Source: Escherichia phage vB_EcoM_ESCO32
DNA: 64,000 nt
Sequence record: OM386658.1
Strand: one strand, 5' to 3'
The notes below the pieces were generated by a model, which saw only the letters and a list, made by a program, of their open reading frames with translations, did not search any database and was not told the origin of the DNA. How positions within the stretch are numbered: position 1 is the stretch's first letter; every line of letters starts with the position of its first letter. Of this stretch, positions 18,191 to 26,310 are shown piece by piece. The position numbers and the translations under genes were made by a program.

Positions 18191-18258
18191 TACTTAACTT
18201 GTGTTATGATGGTGGTACAGAGGTATCACCATTTACTAAAGAATATGGAGGAAAATGA

Positions 18259-19362
18259 ATGTCCAGTCCTTTTATCAGTGCCGTAAAAAGCAAACCGTCT
18301 GAAATGAGTGTATTCACGGCAACAACAGAAAAAAGTAAGTCTTTGTTTGCTCCAAGTGCTATGGATGCAAGCCCTGTATATGCCCCTGCTGTTGCACGAC
18401 CTGTACAAATGCTGCCTCCAATGTCTCGTGAAGAGATTGAACAAGTTGGTGCTGATGCAGGACTTACTCTTCGTAACCTTAATGCTGAAGTGCTTAAACA
18501 CCAACGTTCATCTCAGGGGGATGAAATGAGTGAACGTTTAACTGCACTTATTAAGCAAGCAAAGCAACTTGATCCTAACTCTATTAAACAATCTAAAGGC
18601 TTAGGTAAACTAGTTAAGAAAGTATTAGGTATGAAAGAAGATTTGTTTGGTGAATTTGACACCATCAATAATCGTATTGAAGGTTTGGTAAAGACACTAC
18701 AAACAGATTTGAAAAAAGAAGAAGATTCTTTACGATATCTGCAACGTTTAGAAGAGGCTATTGCAAAATATGCTCTTAGCTTAAACAGGGATATAGAGCT
18801 TCTAACAGCTACTTATGAAAAAGAAGAAGTTCGCCTTAATACACTACCTGAAAATGAAGTAGAAGAACGTCAACGTACTCGTGATACTATGGATCTGCTT
18901 GAAATTCGTATTGCAGACCTGAAAGCCTTGCGTTTACTGTGTGTTCAGATGGGGCCACGTGTACAAAGTATGCAGAAAGTATCTGCAAGTTTGATGCGAT
19001 CAGCCCGTAATATTGTGAATAATGTTATTCCTGCTTACTCTGCAAACTTTTCTATGTATATTGAAAGTCTACGCCAGAAGAAAGCAGCAGATACACAGAA
19101 CAATGTACTGAATGAGTTTAATGCTGCTATTGCAATGGGTAGTGATCTGGCTGCACAAAACCAAATTGAAGCTACACAACTTGCTAATCGTCAAGTATTG
19201 GATATTGAGACATTACGTCGCGATCAAGAAAACTTAGTTAAAATGTTGGAAGAAACTAATCGGATCAACACTGAAGCCCGTGCTGCTCGTATTGATTACA
19301 TTCAGGAAGTGCAATCTCTTGAAGATGGTATGATTCAAACTGTTAAACGTGGTCTACTTTAA
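18259..19362 (+). CDS. TelA/KlaA-like (toxic anion resistance family) protein, putative
   Basis: 367 aa largely alpha-helical protein. The call rests mainly on size, composition and its position between TerC-like and vWA/TerD genes; I cannot confirm the family from motifs alone. Confidence 0.3.
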   Translation: MSSPFISAVKSKPSEMSVFTATTEKSKSLFAPSAMDASPVYAPAVARPVQMLPPMSREEIEQVGADAGLTLRNLNAEVLKHQRSSQGDEMSERLTALIKQAKQLDPNSIKQSKGLGKLVKKVLGMKEDLFGEFDTINNRIEGLVKTLQTDLKKEEDSLRYLQRLEEAIAKYALSLNRDIELLTATYEKEEVRLNTLPENEVEERQRTRDTMDLLEIRIADLKALRLLCVQMGPRVQSMQKVSASLMRSARNIVNNVIPAYSANFSMYIESLRQKKAADTQNNVLNEFNAAIAMGSDLAAQNQIEATQLANRQVLDIETLRRDQENLVKMLEETNRINTEARAARIDYIQEVQSLEDGMIQTVKRGLL

Positions 19363-19375
19363 GGAGAAATATATT

Positions 19376-19582
19376 ATGAATATTAAAATTTACAAACTGT
19401 CTGGTTCTATGATCGCTGTCCAGTACGACAATGAAGATCGTTATGTTCTCCTCCAGGATGCTTGGTTAGATGATCCTAATGTATTTACTGTCCTGCGAGA
19501 ACTACGTTCTGTCTATACCTATTCTTCTAAAGATGGTTTTGATAGTTCAACGATGGAATTGGTAAAAGAGGAGAATGTGTAA
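19376..19582 (+). CDS. hypothetical small protein
   Basis: Start taken at MNIKIY after aaggagaaatatatt RBS. Confidence 0.35.
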   Translation: MNIKIYKLSGSMIAVQYDNEDRYVLLQDAWLDDPNVFTVLRELRSVYTYSSKDGFDSSTMELVKEENV

Positions 19583-19782
19583 TGAATAAAGATATTCACT
19601 TAACTCGTGAAGAATTACAAACCATTATGGAAGATGCTTTCATTGATGGTTGGAAACAAGGTCAAGAGTCAGATTGGTATGATGCCGAAGACTTTTTGTA
19701 TTATCATATGACTGCACCTGTAGACGAGCAAACACACTCTGAAACAACTTTGGCTATAATTGATCTTAAGGCTGGTGTATAA
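19582..19782 (+). CDS. hypothetical small acidic protein
   Basis: 66 aa ORF overlapping the upstream stop (ATGA). Confidence 0.35.
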   Translation: MNKDIHLTREELQTIMEDAFIDGWKQGQESDWYDAEDFLYYHMTAPVDEQTHSETTLAIIDLKAGV

Positions 19783-20345
19783 TGGGATGTTTTAGTTTCT
19801 TGTGCAAAGAATCTGGTAATGCTGCTCTTTCTACCTCTTTCGATGGCTCTCCTTGCTACCTATTTCTTTTGAAAGGTGGTAAAGTTGTTGAAGAGATGTA
19901 TGGCAATTATGATAGCTATGGTAGTGTTTTCTCTAACGAAGAAGATAAACATGGCAATCGTAAAAGATTCAAGTGGTCTATGTCTTGGGAAGAAGTTTGT
20001 AATTTGATGTTCTCTTCCGATCTTGGAGATGGGATTGCTCTGGTATTAGAAGAGCACTTTACAGGCGAGATCCCAACAGAAAGATCTGAAGAAGATCCTA
20101 ACCAGGGTTGGGGTGATGGGGAAGAAGATCCAGATTGCTTCTTCAGCACTGAAAATAATAAATTTAAATGTGTTGACAATCCTTACCACAAAGTGCATAA
20201 TACTTGCATTGAGACAGAAGAAGACTCAAAGCTAGAAATTGAAGATGATTTAGTTGTAACTATCTCTTTAAACGAGTTGCAAAAAATCACTAGAGAGGCT
20301 TTCTATTTAGGTTGGAAAGTAGGTAAAGGAGGAGATAGTGCTTAA
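19782..20345 (+). CDS. hypothetical protein
   Basis: 187 aa ORF, translationally coupled to the upstream gene. Confidence 0.4.
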   Translation: MGCFSFLCKESGNAALSTSFDGSPCYLFLLKGGKVVEEMYGNYDSYGSVFSNEEDKHGNRKRFKWSMSWEEVCNLMFSSDLGDGIALVLEEHFTGEIPTERSEEDPNQGWGDGEEDPDCFFSTENNKFKCVDNPYHKVHNTCIETEEDSKLEIEDDLVVTISLNELQKITREAFYLGWKVGKGGDSA

Positions 20346-20607
20346 ATTTAATATCAAAGACGACAAATCAGATGAACCTAAATGTTTTGGAGAACTTGAC
20401 GTAGGTGATACATTTGTATATTATGTTGCCTATCAAGATTCTGGTTTAGATACATTCAGAAATTTAGTGTTTATTAAGGTTAATACAAACCAAGCAATGT
20501 GTCTGAACGGTTCGCAAAGAGGTCAACTTAGCTGTATTTCGTATGATACAGAAATGGTAGAAGTGGATTTAGAAGTTACTAACATTACACTCAGAAAGGA
20601 GAAATAA
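20338..20607 (+). CDS. hypothetical protein
   Basis: 89 aa, GTG start after aaaggaggagata RBS. Confidence 0.35.
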   Translation: MLKFNIKDDKSDEPKCFGELDVGDTFVYYVAYQDSGLDTFRNLVFIKVNTNQAMCLNGSQRGQLSCISYDTEMVEVDLEVTNITLRKEK

Positions 20608-20608
20608 T

Positions 20609-21403
20609 ATGTCCAATAAAATCAGTCTTAAAAAACGTCAAGAAACTCTTACCGTATCTCTGCGTAAGAAAAAGATTAACGATGTTGTTCTTCGTGTCGG
20701 TAGTGCCTTAGATATTTCGGGTAGTATGTGTGAGCTGTATCGTGATGGCACTGTCAGTGATTTTGTAGGTAAGCTACTGCCGTTTGGTATGAAGTTTGAT
20801 GATAATGCACAGATTGACATGTGGGCTTTCAATAGTTCTTCTTTTGAACTGCCTCCTGCAACGGCTGATGTATATGATGATTATGTCGGCTCTTGTATGT
20901 CTAATGTTTGCATCAATGGTGGTACAGCTTATGCTCCAGTAATGCAAGAGATCTATGATACATACTTCGGTAGTGTACCTATGAAAAATATTACACGCGA
21001 AGTCGTTGAGTATGAAGAAGTTCCGGCTAAGGGTTTCCTTGCTAAACTAACTGGTAAAAAAGAACGTGTAGAAGTTACACGTACTGTTGTAGAACAGGTT
21101 GTAGATACTGATGCACAAGTTGATCGTACTCCTGCAATGATTTTCTTCCAAACTGACGGGGAGAACATGGATACTTCAGCAGTACGTAGTTTGCTGAACA
21201 AACACCGCAACACTCCTGTTTACTGGTTTATGGTTGGTGTAGGTAATGCAAACTTTAAATTCCTGAAAGACTTGGCAAAAGAATACGATAACGTTGATTT
21301 TATCGGTATTGCAGATTTGTCCTTGTCTGACGAAGAACTTTACGATAAACTGCTATCCGAAGAGTTTGGCGAGTGGGTTAAAAAATTTGGAGCAAAAGCG
21401 TAA
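20609..21403 (+). CDS. von Willebrand factor A (vWA) domain protein, TerY-like context
   Basis: MIDAS motif VLRVGSALDISGSM, a GGTAY Thr and a downstream FFQTDGE acidic residue; N-terminus MSNKISLKKRQETLTVSLRKKK echoes the TerD N-terminal repeat. Confidence 0.5.
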   Translation: MSNKISLKKRQETLTVSLRKKKINDVVLRVGSALDISGSMCELYRDGTVSDFVGKLLPFGMKFDDNAQIDMWAFNSSSFELPPATADVYDDYVGSCMSNVCINGGTAYAPVMQEIYDTYFGSVPMKNITREVVEYEEVPAKGFLAKLTGKKERVEVTRTVVEQVVDTDAQVDRTPAMIFFQTDGENMDTSAVRSLLNKHRNTPVYWFMVGVGNANFKFLKDLAKEYDNVDFIGIADLSLSDEELYDKLLSEEFGEWVKKFGAKA

Positions 21404-21410
21404 AAAACGC

Positions 21411-21438
21411 TTGACTTTGTAGAAAAGATTAGTAAAAT
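21411..21438 (+). promoter_or_regulatory. sigma70-like promoter candidate upstream of the TerD-like gene
   Basis: TTGACT (21411-21416), 16 nt spacer, TAAAAT (21433-21438); about 37 nt upstream of the aaaggagataat RBS. Confidence 0.4.
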
Positions 21439-21475
21439 AGACAACGTAAATTAACAACAAAGGAGATAATAAATT

Positions 21476-22072
21476 ATGACTCAGAAAATTTCCCTGAAAA
21501 AAGGTTCTAGCGAAAAAGTTTCTCTGAAAAAGATTGCACCAGCACTGAAACGCATTCGTCTGGAATTCTCTTGGAAATCTAACGAAAAACTGGATCTGGA
21601 TGTTAGTGCTCTGATTTGCCGACACAATGCATCTGGTCTGCCGGAACTGTTGTCTCCTCGCCACCTGGTATGCTACGCACAGAAATTTGATCCTGAACGT
21701 TCTACTTTTGCAGGTGAAGATGTTCGTGACGGTGTAGGACAAATGGAGCAGATTGATGTTACACTGGATAATATCTCTGCTGAAGCACAGGAAATTGCAT
21801 TCGTAATCACTATTGATGACGAAACGGGTAAGAAACGCCTTGGTCACGCTACCGAAGGTTTCCTTAAAATCTTCGATGATGAACGTAACGTTGAACTGCT
21901 GGATTTTGACTTCTTGGCTCCAGAACTTGCAGGTAATACCATTTGCCACGTTGCCTCCCTGGTGCGGGAAGATAGCGAATGGAAACTGAAAGCATATGGT
22001 GTAGGTAAAGCTGGACTTGACATTTATGATGTAGTTAAAGCGTTTGGCGCTGGCGACGATTGGTTCGAGTAA
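21476..22072 (+). CDS. TerD-domain protein (tellurite resistance / stress protein family)
   Basis: MTQKISLKKGSSEKVSLKK N-terminal repeat, LDLDVSALIC, acidic clusters (GEDVRDGVG, ITIDDETG) and the general layout of a 190-200 aa TerD domain. Confidence 0.65.
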   Translation: MTQKISLKKGSSEKVSLKKIAPALKRIRLEFSWKSNEKLDLDVSALICRHNASGLPELLSPRHLVCYAQKFDPERSTFAGEDVRDGVGQMEQIDVTLDNISAEAQEIAFVITIDDETGKKRLGHATEGFLKIFDDERNVELLDFDFLAPELAGNTICHVASLVREDSEWKLKAYGVGKAGLDIYDVVKAFGAGDDWFE

Positions 22073-22081
22073 TAAATCATA

Positions 22082-22104
22082 GCGCCCTTCTGGGCGCATA
22101 TTTT
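22082..22104 (+). terminator. intrinsic terminator
   Basis: gcgccc-ttct-gggcgc followed by atatttt. Confidence 0.55.
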
Positions 22105-22124
22105 AAATAGAAGAGGAGAAAACA

Positions 22125-22727
22125 ATGGGTATTACTTTAGAAGGTCAAAAACTTATTCGCAGCGGTAATTTTCTTGTGGATATTGACAACAATGAAGATT
22201 ATGCTTTAGAAGTTAGTGATGTACTGTTTAATGCTTTGCAGTCTGGTTTCAATTTTGAAGTTTATGAAGTAATCCGTGGAACTAAACTCAGAGAAACCCT
22301 TGGATCAACTAGTGATGTTTATTCTGCGATCTGGCAATATTTCGGGTTAATGGATGGTAAGACATACCTTACTGATAGTTATTCTGAAGATGTTGTTTAT
22401 CTTGATATGGAAGAGTTTCGTCGTCTGTTCAAAAGTGAAGAAAATGAAGAAGAGGGTGAACTTTTTGAAGGAATTACTCTCGAAGGTAATGTTGAAATTG
22501 TGTATAAAGCAGGAAAAACATTCCACTTGCGTGAAAACGGTAAAGCAAAAGTTGATTTTGTAAACAAGACAGTAACAACTGAACATAATTATCTTAAAGA
22601 TGGTCAACCAGCTTTTGAACGTGTAACAATTAAATTTAAAGTATTGTCTGCACTAGTTACGGATCAAGAACGTATTGATTTTGTAGAAGATGGTGTAGTA
22701 ACTCATACAAAGGTTTACAACATCTAA
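22125..22727 (+). CDS. hypothetical protein
   Basis: 200 aa ORF with agaggagaaaaca RBS. Confidence 0.4.
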   Translation: MGITLEGQKLIRSGNFLVDIDNNEDYALEVSDVLFNALQSGFNFEVYEVIRGTKLRETLGSTSDVYSAIWQYFGLMDGKTYLTDSYSEDVVYLDMEEFRRLFKSEENEEEGELFEGITLEGNVEIVYKAGKTFHLRENGKAKVDFVNKTVTTEHNYLKDGQPAFERVTIKFKVLSALVTDQERIDFVEDGVVTHTKVYNI

Positions 22728-22770
22728 CAGGGTGTAAGAGGGGGGATAATCCCCCTCCACTTGCAAAACA

Positions 22771-22799
22771 GCCTCTTCTGTGTTACAATAAAAGTTCGT
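22771..22799 (+). promoter_or_regulatory. sigma70-like promoter candidate
   Basis: TTGCAA (22771-22776), 17 nt spacer, TACAAT (22794-22799); preceded by a G/C-run hairpin at 22748-22768. Confidence 0.35.
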
Positions 22800-22820
22800 T
22801 TAACAAAATAGGAGGCAAGT

Positions 22821-23330
22821 TTGTCAATAAAAACCTTTGTCGCAATTGCGTTACTATCCTTAACTGCTTTTACATTTACACCTGTTGTGGCGCAAGCCGA
22901 AGCTGCAAACGTAAAAACTGCTAAAGTAGTTCACAAGTGTACAAAGCGTGATAGTAAAGAAAATCTATTAGCTTGTGCAATCTATGCAGAAAGTCGTAAT
23001 CAAGGAAAGCGCGGTATGGCTGCTGTTGGTAATGTAGTATTGAATAGGGCTAGAGATTCATATTTCCCTGATACTATAAAAGAAGTTTTGTTTCAAAAAG
23101 GACAATTCTCTTACACAAAGACATTCAACGTTATGGAACGTGATAAGTGGAAGGAAGCTAAGACTATAGCAGAACGTCTACTTTATCTCGATACGCATTT
23201 TCCAGAATTACGAATTGCATTAGATATTACAAAAGGAGCATTATACTTTAAAAAATCTACAATAAGAGCACACTGGGAAAAAGATATGGTTCTAGTGTAC
23301 CGCTACAAAGAACATCAATTCTATCGCTAA
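22821..23330 (+). CDS. secreted cell wall hydrolase (SleB/CwlJ-like Hydrolase_2 domain), putative
   Basis: Signal-peptide-like N-terminus ending AQA; core CAIYAESRNQGKRGMAAVGNVVLNRARDSYFPDTIKEVLFQKGQFSYT resembles the SleB-type fold. TTG start after ataggagg. Confidence 0.45.
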   Translation: MSIKTFVAIALLSLTAFTFTPVVAQAEAANVKTAKVVHKCTKRDSKENLLACAIYAESRNQGKRGMAAVGNVVLNRARDSYFPDTIKEVLFQKGQFSYTKTFNVMERDKWKEAKTIAERLLYLDTHFPELRIALDITKGALYFKKSTIRAHWEKDMVLVYRYKEHQFYR

Positions 23331-23340
23331 GGAGATATAG

Positions 23341-23619
23341 ATGAAAGATGGCGTTATCGTTGCAAGTTATCTTGTTATTGGTCTTACAGAAGAGGATGTA
23401 CATTACATTAGGAAACATTTAGAACAGTTTGCAATGATGTTCATCGAAGACGAAGACAATATGGATGTTTATTCAATTGAAATGATCAATGATAACGTCT
23501 ATCCTTGTATAGCTTTACGAGTCGATGAAGATGTTTGGGAACGTTTTTCACGTAGTCACGATAATGTTGAATGTTCTATGGTTATGTCACAAAGCAACAT
23601 ACTGGGAGTGTTACACTGA
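23341..23619 (+). CDS. hypothetical protein
   Basis: 92 aa ORF with aaggagatatag RBS. Confidence 0.35.
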   Translation: MKDGVIVASYLVIGLTEEDVHYIRKHLEQFAMMFIEDEDNMDVYSIEMINDNVYPCIALRVDEDVWERFSRSHDNVECSMVMSQSNILGVLH

Positions 23620-23849
23620 TGGCTGATGTTATTGAAGTTAACTTTAAAACAAAAAAGAAAGTTGATAAGTATACAATCTTAAAAAATATTTGCGTTGTGT
23701 GCTTCAATTCTGTAATATATGACTCACGTAAGGGCGAAAATGAAAATGAACCTTACATCCAGATTTCTAAAGGTAAAGGGCAGTGTATCTGCAAAAACTG
23801 TGCTGTAGCAATTAAGGAGGTTGTAGATGAAAACCATTGGGATCAATGA
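23619..23849 (+). CDS. hypothetical small Cys-rich (zinc-ribbon-like) protein
   Basis: Start taken at MADVIEV overlapping the upstream stop; contains CVVCF...CICKNC. Confidence 0.35.
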   Translation: MADVIEVNFKTKKKVDKYTILKNICVVCFNSVIYDSRKGENENEPYIQISKGKGQCICKNCAVAIKEVVDENHWDQ

Positions 23850-24021
23850 TACTGGTGAAGTTGTAAAATCTTGGGATGATCTTAGTGGTATCCCTACAGA
23901 TAAACTGATTAAACTGCGTGATGTTTGTCGTGATCATCTTAATGAAACATATAAAGAGTATATGGAAGCACGAGATCACAGTTTAGCTATCCAAATGGAA
24001 CTCGCAAAACGTAATCAATAG
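23827..24021 (+). CDS. hypothetical small protein
   Basis: 64 aa ORF with ggaggttgtag RBS. Confidence 0.35.
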   Translation: MKTIGINDTGEVVKSWDDLSGIPTDKLIKLRDVCRDHLNETYKEYMEARDHSLAIQMELAKRNQ

Positions 24022-24078
24022 GTAAAACCATTTGGACTTTTTAGTCTAAAAATGCTAAAGTAATAATACGGAGGGAGT

Positions 24079-24642
24079 ATGATATTTCACATAACTCCCT
24101 ATCTTTCTGGAGATATTGGAAAAGGTATCAATGACACAATAAGTGTCTTACCAGAAGATAGTTGGATTTGCCTAAGAGACATTGATACAATGTTTCTTCT
24201 TCCAGAACAACCTGCTTGGCTGGAATCAATAGTCCGTTCAAATCCTGATTTTGATGTTCTTGGTGCATCTTGTAATAGATTGGGATCAACATATCAATTA
24301 TTTAATAATGAAAGAAGTGAAGATCCAAATATATTACACCACATTGAGATTGCAAAAAGAGCACATCTAGAATGGGGAAACTCAATAGAGGAAGTACCTA
24401 CAGATGCTATCTTAGCAGGATTCTTTCTTCTCTTTCGTAAGAGCCTGTGGAATGAAATCCCTTTTGAGGAAAGATCAATACAGTTTGATATAATTTTCTC
24501 TAAAGCATTGCACGCTAACAATAAAAGGCTAGGTTTACTACGTGGGTTATATTTATTTCACACATACCGTTTAGGTAATGATGATCCTAGAAAAGCTATT
24601 TCACACCTTTTACATTGTCAAGACATGAATAAAATTATTTAA
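24079..24642 (+). CDS. hypothetical protein, possible glycosyltransferase-like
   Basis: 187 aa with acggagggag RBS; contains DID (LRDIDTMF), a possible DxD motif. Weak. Confidence 0.25.
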   Translation: MIFHITPYLSGDIGKGINDTISVLPEDSWICLRDIDTMFLLPEQPAWLESIVRSNPDFDVLGASCNRLGSTYQLFNNERSEDPNILHHIEIAKRAHLEWGNSIEEVPTDAILAGFFLLFRKSLWNEIPFEERSIQFDIIFSKALHANNKRLGLLRGLYLFHTYRLGNDDPRKAISHLLHCQDMNKII

Positions 24643-24651
24643 GGAGTTATT

Positions 24652-25338
24652 TTGGAAAATACAAAAATTGGTGTTGGTGTTATTACTGTAGGTAAGCGTC
24701 CTCTTAAAGATTATCTTGTGACTGATCCTAATGCTACTTTTGTTGTACAGTATGATCGGGAACGAAAAGGTGTTGCATATGCTCGTAATGAACTGATGAA
24801 AAAGTTTTATGATGAAGGGTATGATTACTGGTTTATTTTTGATGATGATTGCTATCCTGTTGTTCAAGGTTGGGAAACATATTTTGTAAAACAAGCGAAG
24901 GAAAATGGTTGGGATTTCTTTGGTATGCCTGAATACTTTAAAGATAAAGTAAAAGGTATTGAAGGGGAAGTGGTTATTTGGGAACTAGGTATGTGCCAGT
25001 TTGGTATGTATTCCCGTGCAGTTATTGAGAAAGCTGGCTATTTCCGCTCATACACCCACGGTTATGGATATGAAGATGCAGAGTGGATTCATCGCGTTCC
25101 ACTGGCAGGTTTGAACCGAGGTATTCAAGGCGTGCCATGTCCTATTCGAATTATGGCGTTTATCCATCCTGATGATGTATTTGGAGACAATCCTTTACCT
25201 TTTGCGAATCTGTCAAAAGAAGAGAAAGAACAGGGTATTGGTGTAAACTGGGAACAATATAAACAATCCCTGGAGGATCTTCGCAATGGTAAAACTTTTA
25301 TCTCTTATGAGGAGGCTCAAAAATATGGTAAATCCTAA
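24652..25338 (+). CDS. glycosyltransferase (GT-A fold, DxD type), putative
   Basis: N-terminal GVGVITVGKRP and YWFIFDDDCYPV (DxD-like acidic motif after a hydrophobic strand); TTG start after aaggag. Confidence 0.4.
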   Translation: MENTKIGVGVITVGKRPLKDYLVTDPNATFVVQYDRERKGVAYARNELMKKFYDEGYDYWFIFDDDCYPVVQGWETYFVKQAKENGWDFFGMPEYFKDKVKGIEGEVVIWELGMCQFGMYSRAVIEKAGYFRSYTHGYGYEDAEWIHRVPLAGLNRGIQGVPCPIRIMAFIHPDDVFGDNPLPFANLSKEEKEQGIGVNWEQYKQSLEDLRNGKTFISYEEAQKYGKS

Positions 25339-26299
25339 TACTCCTGTACTTAAGTGTGATAATAAGTTAGGCAGTGGTTGTGATTACCATCGTATTGTAA
25401 TGCCATTTGCTGGAAATACGTTTAAACCTAAGAAAGACGTTTTAGTTTTTAATAGAGTGTATTCTCGTGGAGCAGACGAGGTTAAACGCCTGAAGGCACA
25501 AGGTGTTAAGATTATTGTTGATTTAGATGACTTTTATTCACTTAATCCTGAACATTATATGGCTGGCGTATTTACTAATCATTCAAAGACTATTGTAGAG
25601 ATGGTTAAGTTAGCAGATGTTGTTACTGTAACAACAGAATACCTAGCTTACAAAATTCGTCATTTAAATCGTAATGTTGTCGTAATTAGAAACGCACTAC
25701 CTTACGACGAAGGTCAATTTACTTTGACAAAAGACCGTAATTCTGACACGCCTATTATCTGGGCTGGAGGAGCAAGCCACGAGCCTGATTTATCTCTTGT
25801 AGCTAATACATTTGATGATACACTATTGACAATTGCAGGGTATGAAGTGTATCCTTCTGCACCTGTTGGAAATAACAGTCAGTATCTAACTACTGCGGAG
25901 TGGGTTAAAGTAAAACGTAAAATTCCAAATGCACAGTATAAACCAGCTATTAAAAATTTAGGTGAGTATATGTCTGTGTATGACGGTCACAGTATTGCAA
26001 TTGCTCCCCTGGTAGATAATGACTTCAACAACTGTAAAAGCAATTTGAAGATTTTGGAAGCAGGTGCAAAGGGTCTTCCTATTATCTGTTCTCCTGTGCT
26101 GCCGTACTTCAATCCGGTAGATGCAAAGGCTGTTATCTATGCAGACTCTAAAGCATCTTGGCATTATGAAGTTGTCAAGCTAATGAGGAACCCTAGATAC
26201 ACAGAAGATCGTGGTATGATGCTTGCAGAACACGTTCGTCTTAATTATAATCTTGCAGATGCCAATGAACTGCGTCGTCAAGTTATTGAAAGTCTTTAA
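25325..26299 (+). CDS. glycosyltransferase-like protein, paralog A
   Basis: Shares blocks with the next gene (DYHRIVMPF / DFHRIILPY; ISIAPLVDNDFNNCKSNLKILEAGAKGLPIICSP / ISIAPLVNNHFNNAKSNLKILEAGAKGLPLVCSP); the EAGAKGLP block resembles GT-B C-terminal motifs. Confidence 0.4.
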   Translation: MVNPNTPVLKCDNKLGSGCDYHRIVMPFAGNTFKPKKDVLVFNRVYSRGADEVKRLKAQGVKIIVDLDDFYSLNPEHYMAGVFTNHSKTIVEMVKLADVVTVTTEYLAYKIRHLNRNVVVIRNALPYDEGQFTLTKDRNSDTPIIWAGGASHEPDLSLVANTFDDTLLTIAGYEVYPSAPVGNNSQYLTTAEWVKVKRKIPNAQYKPAIKNLGEYMSVYDGHSIAIAPLVDNDFNNCKSNLKILEAGAKGLPIICSPVLPYFNPVDAKAVIYADSKASWHYEVVKLMRNPRYTEDRGMMLAEHVRLNYNLADANELRRQVIESL

Positions 26300-26310
26300 C
26301 AAGGAGTTAT

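Noticed and set aside
18205-18235. Shared motif GTGGTACAG upstream of two genes (also at 29752-29762), as a possible phage-specific promoter
   Set aside because: I found only two copies by eye, and no phage RNA polymerase gene is in the window. Two occurrences are not enough to call a conserved promoter, and this cannot be tested without a full-genome motif search.
21353-22099. 248 aa minus-strand ORF spanning the TerD region
   Set aside because: It lies entirely antisense to the well-supported TerD-like gene (21476-22072), which has an RBS, a promoter and a terminator. It has no RBS or context of its own, and its length probably reflects biased codon composition opposite a real gene.
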